Origin: Candidatus Gastranaerophilales bacterium
GTDB taxonomy: Bacteria; Cyanobacteriota; Vampirovibrionia; Gastranaerophilales; JAILCC01
Assembly: GCA_028696075.1 (NCBI GenBank)
Contig: JAQVHS010000005.1
Coordinates: forward strand, 6,656 to 70,655
Direction: 5' to 3'
Length of the DNA: 64,000 bases
The notes beneath the pieces were generated by a model. It was given only the letters and a program-made list of their open reading frames with translations. It was not told where the DNA came from and did no database searches. Shown piece by piece: positions 9,677 through 16,140 of this stretch. Position numbers and translations under genes: made by a program. Every line of letters begins with the position of its first letter. Within the stretch, counting starts at the first letter, position 1.

Positions 9677-9890
9677 AGAACAGCGCAAGCAGTGTGTGAA
9701 GCCTGAAAAGGCTTGCTAAAGAGCAAGGCTTTGGAAGGCGAAACCGTTCTACACCGCCGTTGTGAATGAATTTGCGCAAGCAAATGAATGAACGAAGCAA
9801 TCTATATTGAAACAAATTGCGACAGCAAATTTGCTTTCAATGATTGCACAGGCGGAGAACAGCGCAAGCAGTGTGTGAAGCCTGAAAAGG
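9677..9890. repeat. GC-rich structured island bounded by an exact 35-bp direct repeat
   Basis: AGAACAGCGCAAGCAGTGTGTGAAGCCTGAAAAGG occurs at 9677-9711 and 9856-9890. The interior holds several hairpins, including ATTTGC-GCAA-GCAAAT. Confidence 0.8.
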
Positions 9891-10942
9891 CAAGACGGGT
9901 GATTGGTGGAATAGTGTTAATAAACAGACTCGGGCAGAATTTTTACAATGCTCCTTCATTTAAAGCTATAGTTGTGAAGCCTCCTATAATTACTGTTGTA
10001 GGTCCTACGGAAGAAAAAAGAAAAAGGACAACCTGCCATTTTGACTTTAAAAAAATACCCCATATGCCTTGTGCATGCTGCGGGAAAGAAGTACTTACGT
10101 TCAAAGAAATTGACGGGTTTCAAAATACACTGAAAGATGCGACAGGTACTGAGTTAAGACATCATTTAAGAAAAAGATGGAACAATTACAAAGCAACCGA
10201 AAAGAAAGTAGTAAGAAAAATAATAAAGACTTCTTATGATTATGAAGATAAGAATTTGCAAGAACTATTACAAGTAACGTTTGATAATTCACGCAAAGAA
10301 TTAGTTGAAACACAAAAAAACATAATTATTAAACTAAAAAACATATCCAATAATTTAGAAGGTCCAATCAAGCCGAAGTTAAAACATTTTTTTGATAAAG
10401 CAATAGAAATCGTTGAGAGTGAAGACATAGCATTTAAAAGAAAGACTTTTTTGCAAAGTTTAGCGATGAAAGCAGCAGAAGACAAAGACCCTCGTAATAT
10501 AAAAGCTTTAACATACATATTAGCCAAAGCCGAAACAATCCCGACATCTGCCGAAGACGTTAATGCTTTTATTGTTAAATATTCCAGACGCTCACCCAAA
10601 GAAATTGCTTACAGACTTCTTTCAAGGAATGCGGCTACGGCTGAACATATCAAAGCTTTTACACGAAACGGCTTAAACGATAAATCAAATTATCTGCTTG
10701 AATGCAATAAGTGTAACGAAGCAAGGGGCAGTATTCGATTTAAAGACTGGGTAAAACAAACCCCCCAGTTTATAAATAATGTACAAAAGTTCATAGAAGA
10801 AGCAATAGCGGTAATTAAATCAGGTAAAATGAACGGTTATGAAAAGTACCCGTTAGAAGTAAAAGAAACGTTGAAACGGGAATCCGGCGGAATTATAGAC
10901 ATAGACCTGGGAGACTATGAAAAATTTTTAAGCGCAGGATGA
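9788..10942 (+). CDS. Zn-ribbon / helical / HNH nuclease-domain protein, paralog 1 (start uncertain; GTG at 9899 plausible)
   Basis: Aligns with the ORFs at 10986 and 58008. N-terminal CACCG ribbon. C-terminal HNH core TAEHIKAF..NDKSNYLLECNKCNEARG. The first 37 codons lie inside the GC-rich repeat island. Confidence 0.7.
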   Translation: MNEAIYIETNCDSKFAFNDCTGGEQRKQCVKPEKARRVIGGIVLINRLGQNFYNAPSFKAIVVKPPIITVVGPTEEKRKRTTCHFDFKKIPHMPCACCGKEVLTFKEIDGFQNTLKDATGTELRHHLRKRWNNYKATEKKVVRKIIKTSYDYEDKNLQELLQVTFDNSRKELVETQKNIIIKLKNISNNLEGPIKPKLKHFFDKAIEIVESEDIAFKRKTFLQSLAMKAAEDKDPRNIKALTYILAKAETIPTSAEDVNAFIVKYSRRSPKEIAYRLLSRNAATAEHIKAFTRNGLNDKSNYLLECNKCNEARGSIRFKDWVKQTPQFINNVQKFIEEAIAVIKSGKMNGYEKYPLEVKETLKRESGGIIDIDLGDYEKFLSAG

Positions 10943-10985
10943 TAAAAGACTTAATAGTTCAGGCAGCGGTGAAAGGTATAGCATT

Positions 10986-12053
10986 TTGAAAATTAATACT
11001 CTGTTTATCAACAATTTAGCAGCCTATCAAATATTTTTTAGCGGAGATAAAAAATATAAAAATTTTTCTGCGAAAACTTTACCTGCCGAAGATACATATG
11101 TGTCATTAAAGCAAGAGCGCCCACCCTGTACGTTTGAATTAAAAAAAGTAAAAGGCTTATGCTGCGCAGCATGCGGAAATGATGTAGTAACTTATGAAGA
11201 AAGCAAAGACTTCCAAAATCTGATTGAAAACGCAAAGGGAAAACAATTACGCAATATTTTACAAAGCAGACAGCGTTTATATAACGGGAACGAGCAAAAA
11301 ATTGTAACAAAATTACTGGGTTTATCTTCACAGCATGAAGACAAGAATATTCAACAGCTTTTTCAGGTCGCTTTTGAAGATTCAAGAAAAATTCTCGTCC
11401 AAAAACAGATTGAAACTCTTTATAAACTGAAAAGGCTAAGTAAGCTTGTACAAAATCCCGAACATAAAAGAAATCTTAAAGAGTTTATAGACAATATGAT
11501 TGAGCTTGCTCAAAGCAGAGATAAAATCTTTAAAAGAAAAGATGTAATTTATGAATTAAACAAAATTCTAAAAGCAGCAAATTCTGAAGCAGACCGTGCT
11601 GTTTTGGGTACTACAATTAAATACGCAAATTATCTGCCTACATCGTTTAACAATGAGCATGCATTTATAGTTAAATACAGCAGGCGCCGTCCCGGTGAAA
11701 TAGCGTCGATGCTGTTATCACCGCGTATGTCAACAGCCGAACATATCAAGCCTTATTCTTTAGAAGCATCTGACGATAAAAACAACTACATTATAGAGTG
11801 CAAAAAATGCAATCAGGAGCGAGGGAATATATTATTCGCCGATTGGATTAAAATGAACCCTCAAATACTGCAAAATATCAAAAAATTCATAGCCAAAACC
11901 ATAAATGCTATTAAATCCGGCAAGGTTGAAAACTTTGAAGACTACCCGATTAAAGTCAACGAAACATTAAAAGAAAGATCTGCAGGGTTAATCTATTTTT
12001 ACTTAGATGATTATCAAAAATCAATACGACAAGATAAAGAAAAAACAGGTTAG
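10986..12053 (+). CDS. Zn-ribbon / helical / HNH nuclease-domain protein, paralog 2 (TTG start)
   Basis: CAACG ribbon, FKRK and LPTS..AFIVKYSRR motifs. HNH core TAEHIKPY..DDKNNYIIECKKCNQERGN. GAAAGG RBS. Confidence 0.75.
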   Translation: MKINTLFINNLAAYQIFFSGDKKYKNFSAKTLPAEDTYVSLKQERPPCTFELKKVKGLCCAACGNDVVTYEESKDFQNLIENAKGKQLRNILQSRQRLYNGNEQKIVTKLLGLSSQHEDKNIQQLFQVAFEDSRKILVQKQIETLYKLKRLSKLVQNPEHKRNLKEFIDNMIELAQSRDKIFKRKDVIYELNKILKAANSEADRAVLGTTIKYANYLPTSFNNEHAFIVKYSRRRPGEIASMLLSPRMSTAEHIKPYSLEASDDKNNYIIECKKCNQERGNILFADWIKMNPQILQNIKKFIAKTINAIKSGKVENFEDYPIKVNETLKERSAGLIYFYLDDYQKSIRQDKEKTG

Positions 12054-12183
12054 AGTAAAAATAATTACCCCAAGAAAAACATCTGCAGAAAAAAGCTTTT
12101 GTACTATAATAGTGTTTAACAATCGTTGAAAATTTAATACCTGTTTTGATGTCGGTGTGGCACTCTGCCGAACAAAACGATTG

Positions 12184-12320
12184 CGGATTTTTGGCAGGGC
12201 GACGGCTTGCGAAGCAAGACTAGTCCCGTAAGCGCAACTAGCCGAATTGAGCGAAAACTTTTTCATTAGAAAAAAGCTGTAGCGAAATAGAAGGCTATGC
12301 GTACCCAAAAATTCAAGACG
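12184..12320 (-). mobile_element. 137-nt non-coding element with terminal inverted repeats (MITE-like or structured RNA), copy A
   Basis: Absent from the otherwise identical second repeat unit. Inserted in the loop of the CAAAACGAT/ATCGTTTTG hairpin. Ends are CGGATTTTTGG / CCAAAAATTC. Homologous to 43783-43922 in the opposite orientation. Confidence 0.55.
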
Positions 12321-12491
12321 AGTATCGTTTTGTGAGAGGGGTAGACGCGCCGAAAAGCTTTTGTACTATAATAGTGTTTAACAATCGTTGAAAATTTAAT
12401 ACCTGTTTTGATGTCGGTGTGGCACTCTGCCGAACAAAACGATTGAGTATCGTTTTGTGAGAGGGGTAGACGCGCCGAAAAGCTTTTGTAC

Positions 12492-12497
12492 TATAAT
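12492..12497 (+). promoter_or_regulatory. -10 box TATAAT of the tRNA-Leu promoter (also at 12105 and 12367 in the duplicated units)
   Basis: Perfect TATAAT about 40 nt upstream of the tRNA 5' end. The -35 element is not clear. Confidence 0.45.
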
Positions 12498-12537
12498 AGT
12501 GTTTAACAATCGTTGAAAATTTAATACCTGTTTTGAT

Positions 12538-12618
12538 GTCGGTGTGGCGGAATGGTAGACGCGCACGTTTGAGGGGCGTGTGGAGAAATCTGTGGGGGTT
12601 CAAGTCCCCCCACCGACA
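12538..12618 (+). tRNA. tRNA-Leu (anticodon GAG), class II with long variable arm
   Basis: Manual cloverleaf: acceptor GTCGGTG/CACCGAC, D region GGCGGAATGGTAGACGCGC, anticodon stem CACGT/GCGTG with loop TTGAGGG, T arm GGGGG-TTCAAGT-CCCCC, discriminator A. No encoded CCA. Confidence 0.9.
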
Positions 12619-12863
12619 TTTTTAAAATTTGATAAATTAAATTAATCGGACTTAGAACCCCGGTTGTGTCTTTCGACACAACGGTGGTTGCCGATACTCG
12701 GCATCCTAAGGCGTAATGCTCGGTGTCCATCACCTCGCAAACGCCTCAAGACAACTCCCCCCACCGACATTTTTAAAATTTGATAAATTAAATTAATCGG
12801 ACTTAGAACCCCGGTTGTGTCTTTCGACACAACGGTGGTTGCCGATACTCGGCATCCTAAGGC
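12605..12863 (+). repeat. two tandem 108-nt copies of tRNA-Leu 3' end plus a structured downstream module
   Basis: Exact copies at 12605-12712 and 12756-12863 (period 151). Each holds a roughly 65-nt module (12648-12712, 12799-12863) with closing stem CTTAG/CTAAG and hairpins GTTGTGTC-TTTC-GACACAAC and TGCCGA-TAC-TCGGCA. Confidence 0.9.
12718..12769 (+). pseudogene. possible internally deleted tRNA-Leu remnant
   Basis: GCTCGGTGTCC resembles the tRNA 5' end. TCAAG..TCCCCCCACCGACA matches the T-arm/acceptor 3' end. The anticodon region is missing. Confidence 0.3.
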
Positions 12864-12881
12864 ACTAAAAGACTATAGCTT

Positions 12882-13460
12882 TTAATCACTCAAATCAATT
12901 CCGTTGTATTTATTTTGAGCTTCAACAATACCGGATTTTAAATACTCTTCAACAGCGTCAACAGACGCGGGAATAACCCTTTGCAAAATCTCCGTTTCCT
13001 GCGCCGTAAATTTGCCCAAAACATAATCTTCCGATTTCATATAATCAGGCTGAGGACCTATACCTATTTTTAAACGGGGAAAATCATTGGAAGATAAATG
13101 CAGTGTCAATGATTTTATACCGTTATGCCCGCCGTCAGAACCTTTGGACTTAAACCTCAACTGCCCTATAGGGATAGAAATATCATCAAAAACAACGAAT
13201 ATATTTTGCGGTTCAATTTTATAAAACTGTGCTATTTTTACAACGGCTTCGCCTGATAAATTCATATATGTAAGCGGTTTGGCTAATATAACTTTTTCAC
13301 CAAAAACATTTCCCGAAGCAATCTCTGCTCTGAATTTAGGTTCGGTTTTAAACGACAAACCATGCCTGCGCACAAACTCATCCGCACAGATAAACCCTGC
13401 GTTATGTCTTGTTTGTTCATATTTAGGACCGAAGTTTCCCAATCCGACAATTAAAAACAT
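12882..13460 (-). CDS. pth: peptidyl-tRNA hydrolase
   Basis: LIVGLGNFGPKYEQTRHNAGF N-terminal signature and GHNGIKS motif. 192 aa. Confidence 0.95.
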   Translation of the reverse strand: MFLIVGLGNFGPKYEQTRHNAGFICADEFVRRHGLSFKTEPKFRAEIASGNVFGEKVILAKPLTYMNLSGEAVVKIAQFYKIEPQNIFVVFDDISIPIGQLRFKSKGSDGGHNGIKSLTLHLSSNDFPRLKIGIGPQPDYMKSEDYVLGKFTAQETEILQRVIPASVDAVEEYLKSGIVEAQNKYNGIDLSD

Positions 13461-13469
13461 TTTAATCTT

Positions 13470-13913
13470 TTAAACCAATTTTCTGACAATATTTGAAATA
13501 TAAGGAACTTGTGAATAAATTCCTGATAAAGAACATATTATCAAATAAATATTCAAACCCAAAACCAAAATTCCTAATATAGAAAATCCCATAAAAAGCT
13601 GGTATTGAACGAGATAAAAAAGTATAAAGTCAAAGAAGCTGTTAATAAACCCGCCTATAAAAGGTATGACTCTTACAATGGATAATATATTCATAATAAT
13701 GTTAACAGACATAGAAAGAACGGCGAATACAAGTGCGATAAAAATACTTTGAATAATATTAAATTTCAAAAACGGTTTGATAGTTTTTTTGCCAAGCGCA
13801 GCAATAATCAGCCAAACAAGCCCGACAAGTCCATACGTCAAATATGACAAAGCCGAAAGTACCCGCTCTGCCATAATTGGTTGTTTATCATAATTGTAAG
13901 AATAGTTGCTCAT
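13470..13913 (-). CDS. integral membrane protein (about 4 TM; Tic20/DUF4870-like is a guess)
   Basis: 147 aa and strongly hydrophobic. SALSYLTYGLVGLVWLI motif. Sits in the operon between rpsR and pth. Confidence 0.5.
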   Translation of the reverse strand: MSNYSYNYDKQPIMAERVLSALSYLTYGLVGLVWLIIAALGKKTIKPFLKFNIIQSIFIALVFAVLSMSVNIIMNILSIVRVIPFIGGFINSFFDFILFYLVQYQLFMGFSILGILVLGLNIYLIICSLSGIYSQVPYISNIVRKLV

Positions 13914-13934
13914 TTTCCCCCAAAGGATAAAGAA

Positions 13935-14174
13935 TTATCCTTCAAAAACATAATCTAACAAAGCAGCTTCTCTGGCTCTTTTAACAGCAAGAGTAACTTG
14001 TCTTTGGTGTTCTGCGCAAGTTCCTGTAATTCTTCTTGGGAGAATTTTTCCTCTTTCGCTTAAATATCTTTTAAGTTTATGTGCATCTTTGTAGTCAATA
14101 TATTCCACTTTGTCAGCACAGAAGTTACAATTTTTTTTCTTATTAACCTGTTTTTGTTTGTTGTACATTGCCAT
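13935..14174 (-). CDS. rpsR: 30S ribosomal protein S18
   Basis: C-x-[25 protein letters not shown] signature. Confidence 0.95.
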   Translation of the reverse strand: MAMYNKQKQVNKKKNCNFCADKVEYIDYKDAHKLKRYLSERGKILPRRITGTCAEHQRQVTLAVKRAREAALLDYVFEG

Positions 14175-14189
14175 GTTTATTTATCCTTC

Positions 14190-14588
14190 CTAAAATGGTA
14201 TTTCATCATCGCCTATTAACTCATCAACTTCGTCCGAAGGACCGTATGAGAAAGAATCGTCATTGTCAGCTAAACTTGAACCTGAAGCTGAAGAAGAATT
14301 AAATACGTCAAAATCCGCTGCCTGCAGCTCAATAATTCTCTTTTCTTCGCCTTTGCTGTCTTTAACGGTATTAGTTTGCAATCTGCCTTCAACAATAACT
14401 TTGCTGCCTTTAGTAACTTGCTCCGCGGCTTTTTCGGCTAATTTACCGATAGTGATAACGCGCAAAAGTGTTTCTTCACGCTCGTCTATATTCATAACAA
14501 AATTAGCAATTGCTAAATCATTGCCGGTAAATCTTTTTTCCGGTTCTCTGGTTACAATACCCGAGATAACTGCTTTGCTGACTGACAT
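14190..14588 (-). CDS. ssb: single-stranded DNA-binding protein
   Basis: OB-fold N-terminus. Acidic C-terminal tail ending DDEIPF. Lies between rpsF and rpsR. Confidence 0.9.
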   Translation of the reverse strand: MSVSKAVISGIVTREPEKRFTGNDLAIANFVMNIDEREETLLRVITIGKLAEKAAEQVTKGSKVIVEGRLQTNTVKDSKGEEKRIIELQAADFDVFNSSSASGSSLADNDDSFSYGPSDEVDELIGDDEIPF

Positions 14589-14598
14589 TATTAATCCC

Positions 14599-14901
14599 TT
14601 ATGCTTGTGCTTTAGTTTCTACATCTTCTATAATCATATCTCTTAAGAAGTTGTCGTTCAATTTTAAGTTTCTTTTTAAAGTCTTAATGGCTTCTTGAGG
14701 TAACTCTAATTTTGTAACGGTATAAAAACCGTCGCGGTAGTTATCTATATCATAAGCAAGTTTTTTTCTGCCTATTTTATCGGTATTTGTAATAGTACCG
14801 CCAAGATTTTTGATGGTTTCTTCAAGCTGCGATAATACTTTATCTACTTCTTCAATATCCAAGTTGGGTTTAATGATTGATAATAATTCGTATTTTTTCA
14901 A
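14599..14901 (-). CDS. rpsF: 30S ribosomal protein S6
   Basis: MKKYELLSIIKP N-terminus and the canonical rpsF-ssb-rpsR order. Confidence 0.9.
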   Translation of the reverse strand: MKKYELLSIIKPNLDIEEVDKVLSQLEETIKNLGGTITNTDKIGRKKLAYDIDNYRDGFYTVTKLELPQEAIKTLKRNLKLNDNFLRDMIIEDVETKAQA

Positions 14902-15085
14902 TTGATTACTCCTGTTTTTTATACTTACATGTAAGGATTATACTAACATAAACAAAAAAAATATAACAAGACTTTGTAAAGTTGGGCAACTTAAAAGATA
15001 ATTTATACTAGCCTATAGCGTAATTTTATTTTAGAATTAAAAGGATTATGATAAAAAGTCAACAAAAAACGAAAGGAGTTTTAAG

Positions 15086-15568
15086 ATGACAAACCAAGCA
15101 GAAGTTTACAAATGTAATATTTGCGGCAACATAATAGAAGTTCTGTTTCCGGGTGTAGGCACGTTAGTATGCTGCGGAGAAGATATGCATCTATGCGCTC
15201 CGAATACAACAGACGCTGCGGGTGAAAAGCATGTTCCTGTTTGTGAAGATGAAAACGGAACAATCATGGTAAAAGTAGGGTCAGTTCCTCATCCAATGCT
15301 TGAAGAGCATTATATTCAAATGATAGAAGTCTTTACAAAAGACGGTGTTATAAGAAAATATTTAAACCCCGGTCAAAAACCTGAATTTTCATTGCATTGC
15401 GAATGCCATACAACATCACCATGCGATTGCGGCTGCAGCGAAGAAGTTTCAAATAATGAAGAAAAATCCGAATGTGATTGTATTGCCATTAACTGCGATT
15501 GTGATATTGTTGAAGTTAGAGAATATTGCAATCTGCACGGACTGTGGAAAGGAGAATGCAAATGTTAA
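15086..15568 (+). CDS. dfx: desulfoferrodoxin (2Fe superoxide reductase) with a Cys-rich insertion
   Basis: Desulforedoxin-like CNICG..VCCG. SOR motifs EKHVPV, HPM..EH and YCNLHGLW. About 35 extra residues with 9 Cys lie before the YCNLHG motif, plus a C-terminal ECKC. Confidence 0.85.
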   Translation: MTNQAEVYKCNICGNIIEVLFPGVGTLVCCGEDMHLCAPNTTDAAGEKHVPVCEDENGTIMVKVGSVPHPMLEEHYIQMIEVFTKDGVIRKYLNPGQKPEFSLHCECHTTSPCDCGCSEEVSNNEEKSECDCIAINCDCDIVEVREYCNLHGLWKGECKC

Positions 15569-16077
15569 CAAAAAGAATAGAAGACGCTTTAAACCAGCAA
15601 ATTAATAAAGAATTTTATTCGGCATACCTTTATTTATCTATGTCGGCGTACTGCGCTTCAATAGGGCTTGAAGGCTTTGCTAACTGGATGAAGGTTCAGT
15701 ACGAAGAAGAAGTTTTTCATACTATGAAAATTTATAACTATCTTTTAGACCGTAAAGGCAAAGTTATATTAGAAACTATTGAAAAACCTGATAATGAATG
15801 GATAAACGTTATAGAGTTGTTTGAAAATGTACTGAAACATGAGCAATTCGTAACACAAAGTATAAATCATCTTATGGATATCGCAATTGAAGAAAAAGAC
15901 CATGCGACAGTATCTTTCCTAAAATGGTTCGTTGATGAACAGGTAGAAGAAGAGGTTGCGGCAGAAGCCATCATTGACAAGCTAAAACTTATCAAAGGCG
16001 AAGGCAACGGTATCTTTATGATAGATAAAGACTTAGCGGCAAGAGTATTCACGGTTCCCGCAGATACTCAACAATAG
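15562..16077 (+). CDS. ftn: ferritin-like iron storage protein
   Basis: N-terminal LNQQINKEFYSAYLYLSM and EE..H ferroxidase residues. GGAGA RBS 6 nt before the ATG at 15562. Overlaps the dfx stop. Confidence 0.85.
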   Translation: MLTKRIEDALNQQINKEFYSAYLYLSMSAYCASIGLEGFANWMKVQYEEEVFHTMKIYNYLLDRKGKVILETIEKPDNEWINVIELFENVLKHEQFVTQSINHLMDIAIEEKDHATVSFLKWFVDEQVEEEVAAEAIIDKLKLIKGEGNGIFMIDKDLAARVFTVPADTQQ

Positions 16078-16086
16078 TAATATACA

Positions 16087-16122
16087 AAAATCCCCTAAGC
16101 GTCAATGCCCGGGGGATTTTTC
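16087..16122 (+). terminator. possible terminator after ferritin
   Basis: AAATCCCC / GGGGATTT stem followed by a T-run. The loop is long (about 16 nt). Confidence 0.45.
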
Positions 16123-16140
16123 ATTTAAAAGGAATTAAGA

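Larger units (their letters stand above)
12091..12548 (+). repeat. three tandem copies of a 71-nt unit (promoter + leader + first 11 nt of tRNA-Leu)
   Basis: Identical 71-mers at 12091-12161, 12353-12423 and 12478-12548. Copies 1 and 2 continue into a hairpin-containing insert plus tRNA nt GGTAGACGCGC. Copy 3 continues into the intact tRNA. Confidence 0.9.

Noticed and set aside
9788-12053. IscB/Cas9-like RNA-guided nuclease interpretation of the HNH paralogs
   Set aside because: At 355-384 aa they have no split RuvC (D..E..H/D) motifs, bridge helix or PLMP-like N-terminus that I can see. Paralog 3 has no adjacent GC-rich RNA-like element. I kept only the weak statement that RNA association is untested.
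12538-12618. Cyanobacterial-type group I intron in tRNA-Leu
   Set aside because: That intron interrupts the anticodon loop of tRNA-Leu(UAA). This gene has anticodon GAG and an uninterrupted 7-nt anticodon loop. The inserted sequences lie in the D-loop region of truncated copies and are far too short (41 or 178 nt) to hold group I core elements I can recognise.
12021-12830. ORF-track proteins 12021-12308, 12313-12603, 12521-12733 and 12642-12830 (minus strand)
   Set aside because: They lie wholly within the tRNA and repeat region. Their mutual similarity, and that of 12021-12308 to 43797-44054, simply mirrors nucleotide repeats. None has an RBS or a plausible composition.
12091-12863. Possible CRISPR or TIGR-like guide array next to the HNH genes
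   Set aside because: The repeat units are 71-108 nt long and contain a promoter and tRNA fragments. The 'spacers' are themselves repeated or tRNA-derived. There is no short-period (28-40 nt) repeat/spacer alternation anywhere near the three HNH genes. No cas genes, Nop-like evidence or RuvC motifs are visible.
12605-12863. attL/attR of an integrase-mediated island at the tRNA-Leu 3' end
   Set aside because: The duplicated segment extends 94 nt beyond the tRNA. Only 43 nt, resembling a decayed tRNA, separate the copies. No integrase is present. A tandem duplication of tRNA plus downstream module explains it better.
15526-15561. Longer ferritin start (MQSARTVERRMQ...) given by the ORF track
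   Set aside because: This extension overlaps the conserved C-terminus of desulfoferrodoxin. The GGAGA RBS sits 6 nt before the ATG at 15562, and ferritin homologs begin near MLTKRIEDALN.
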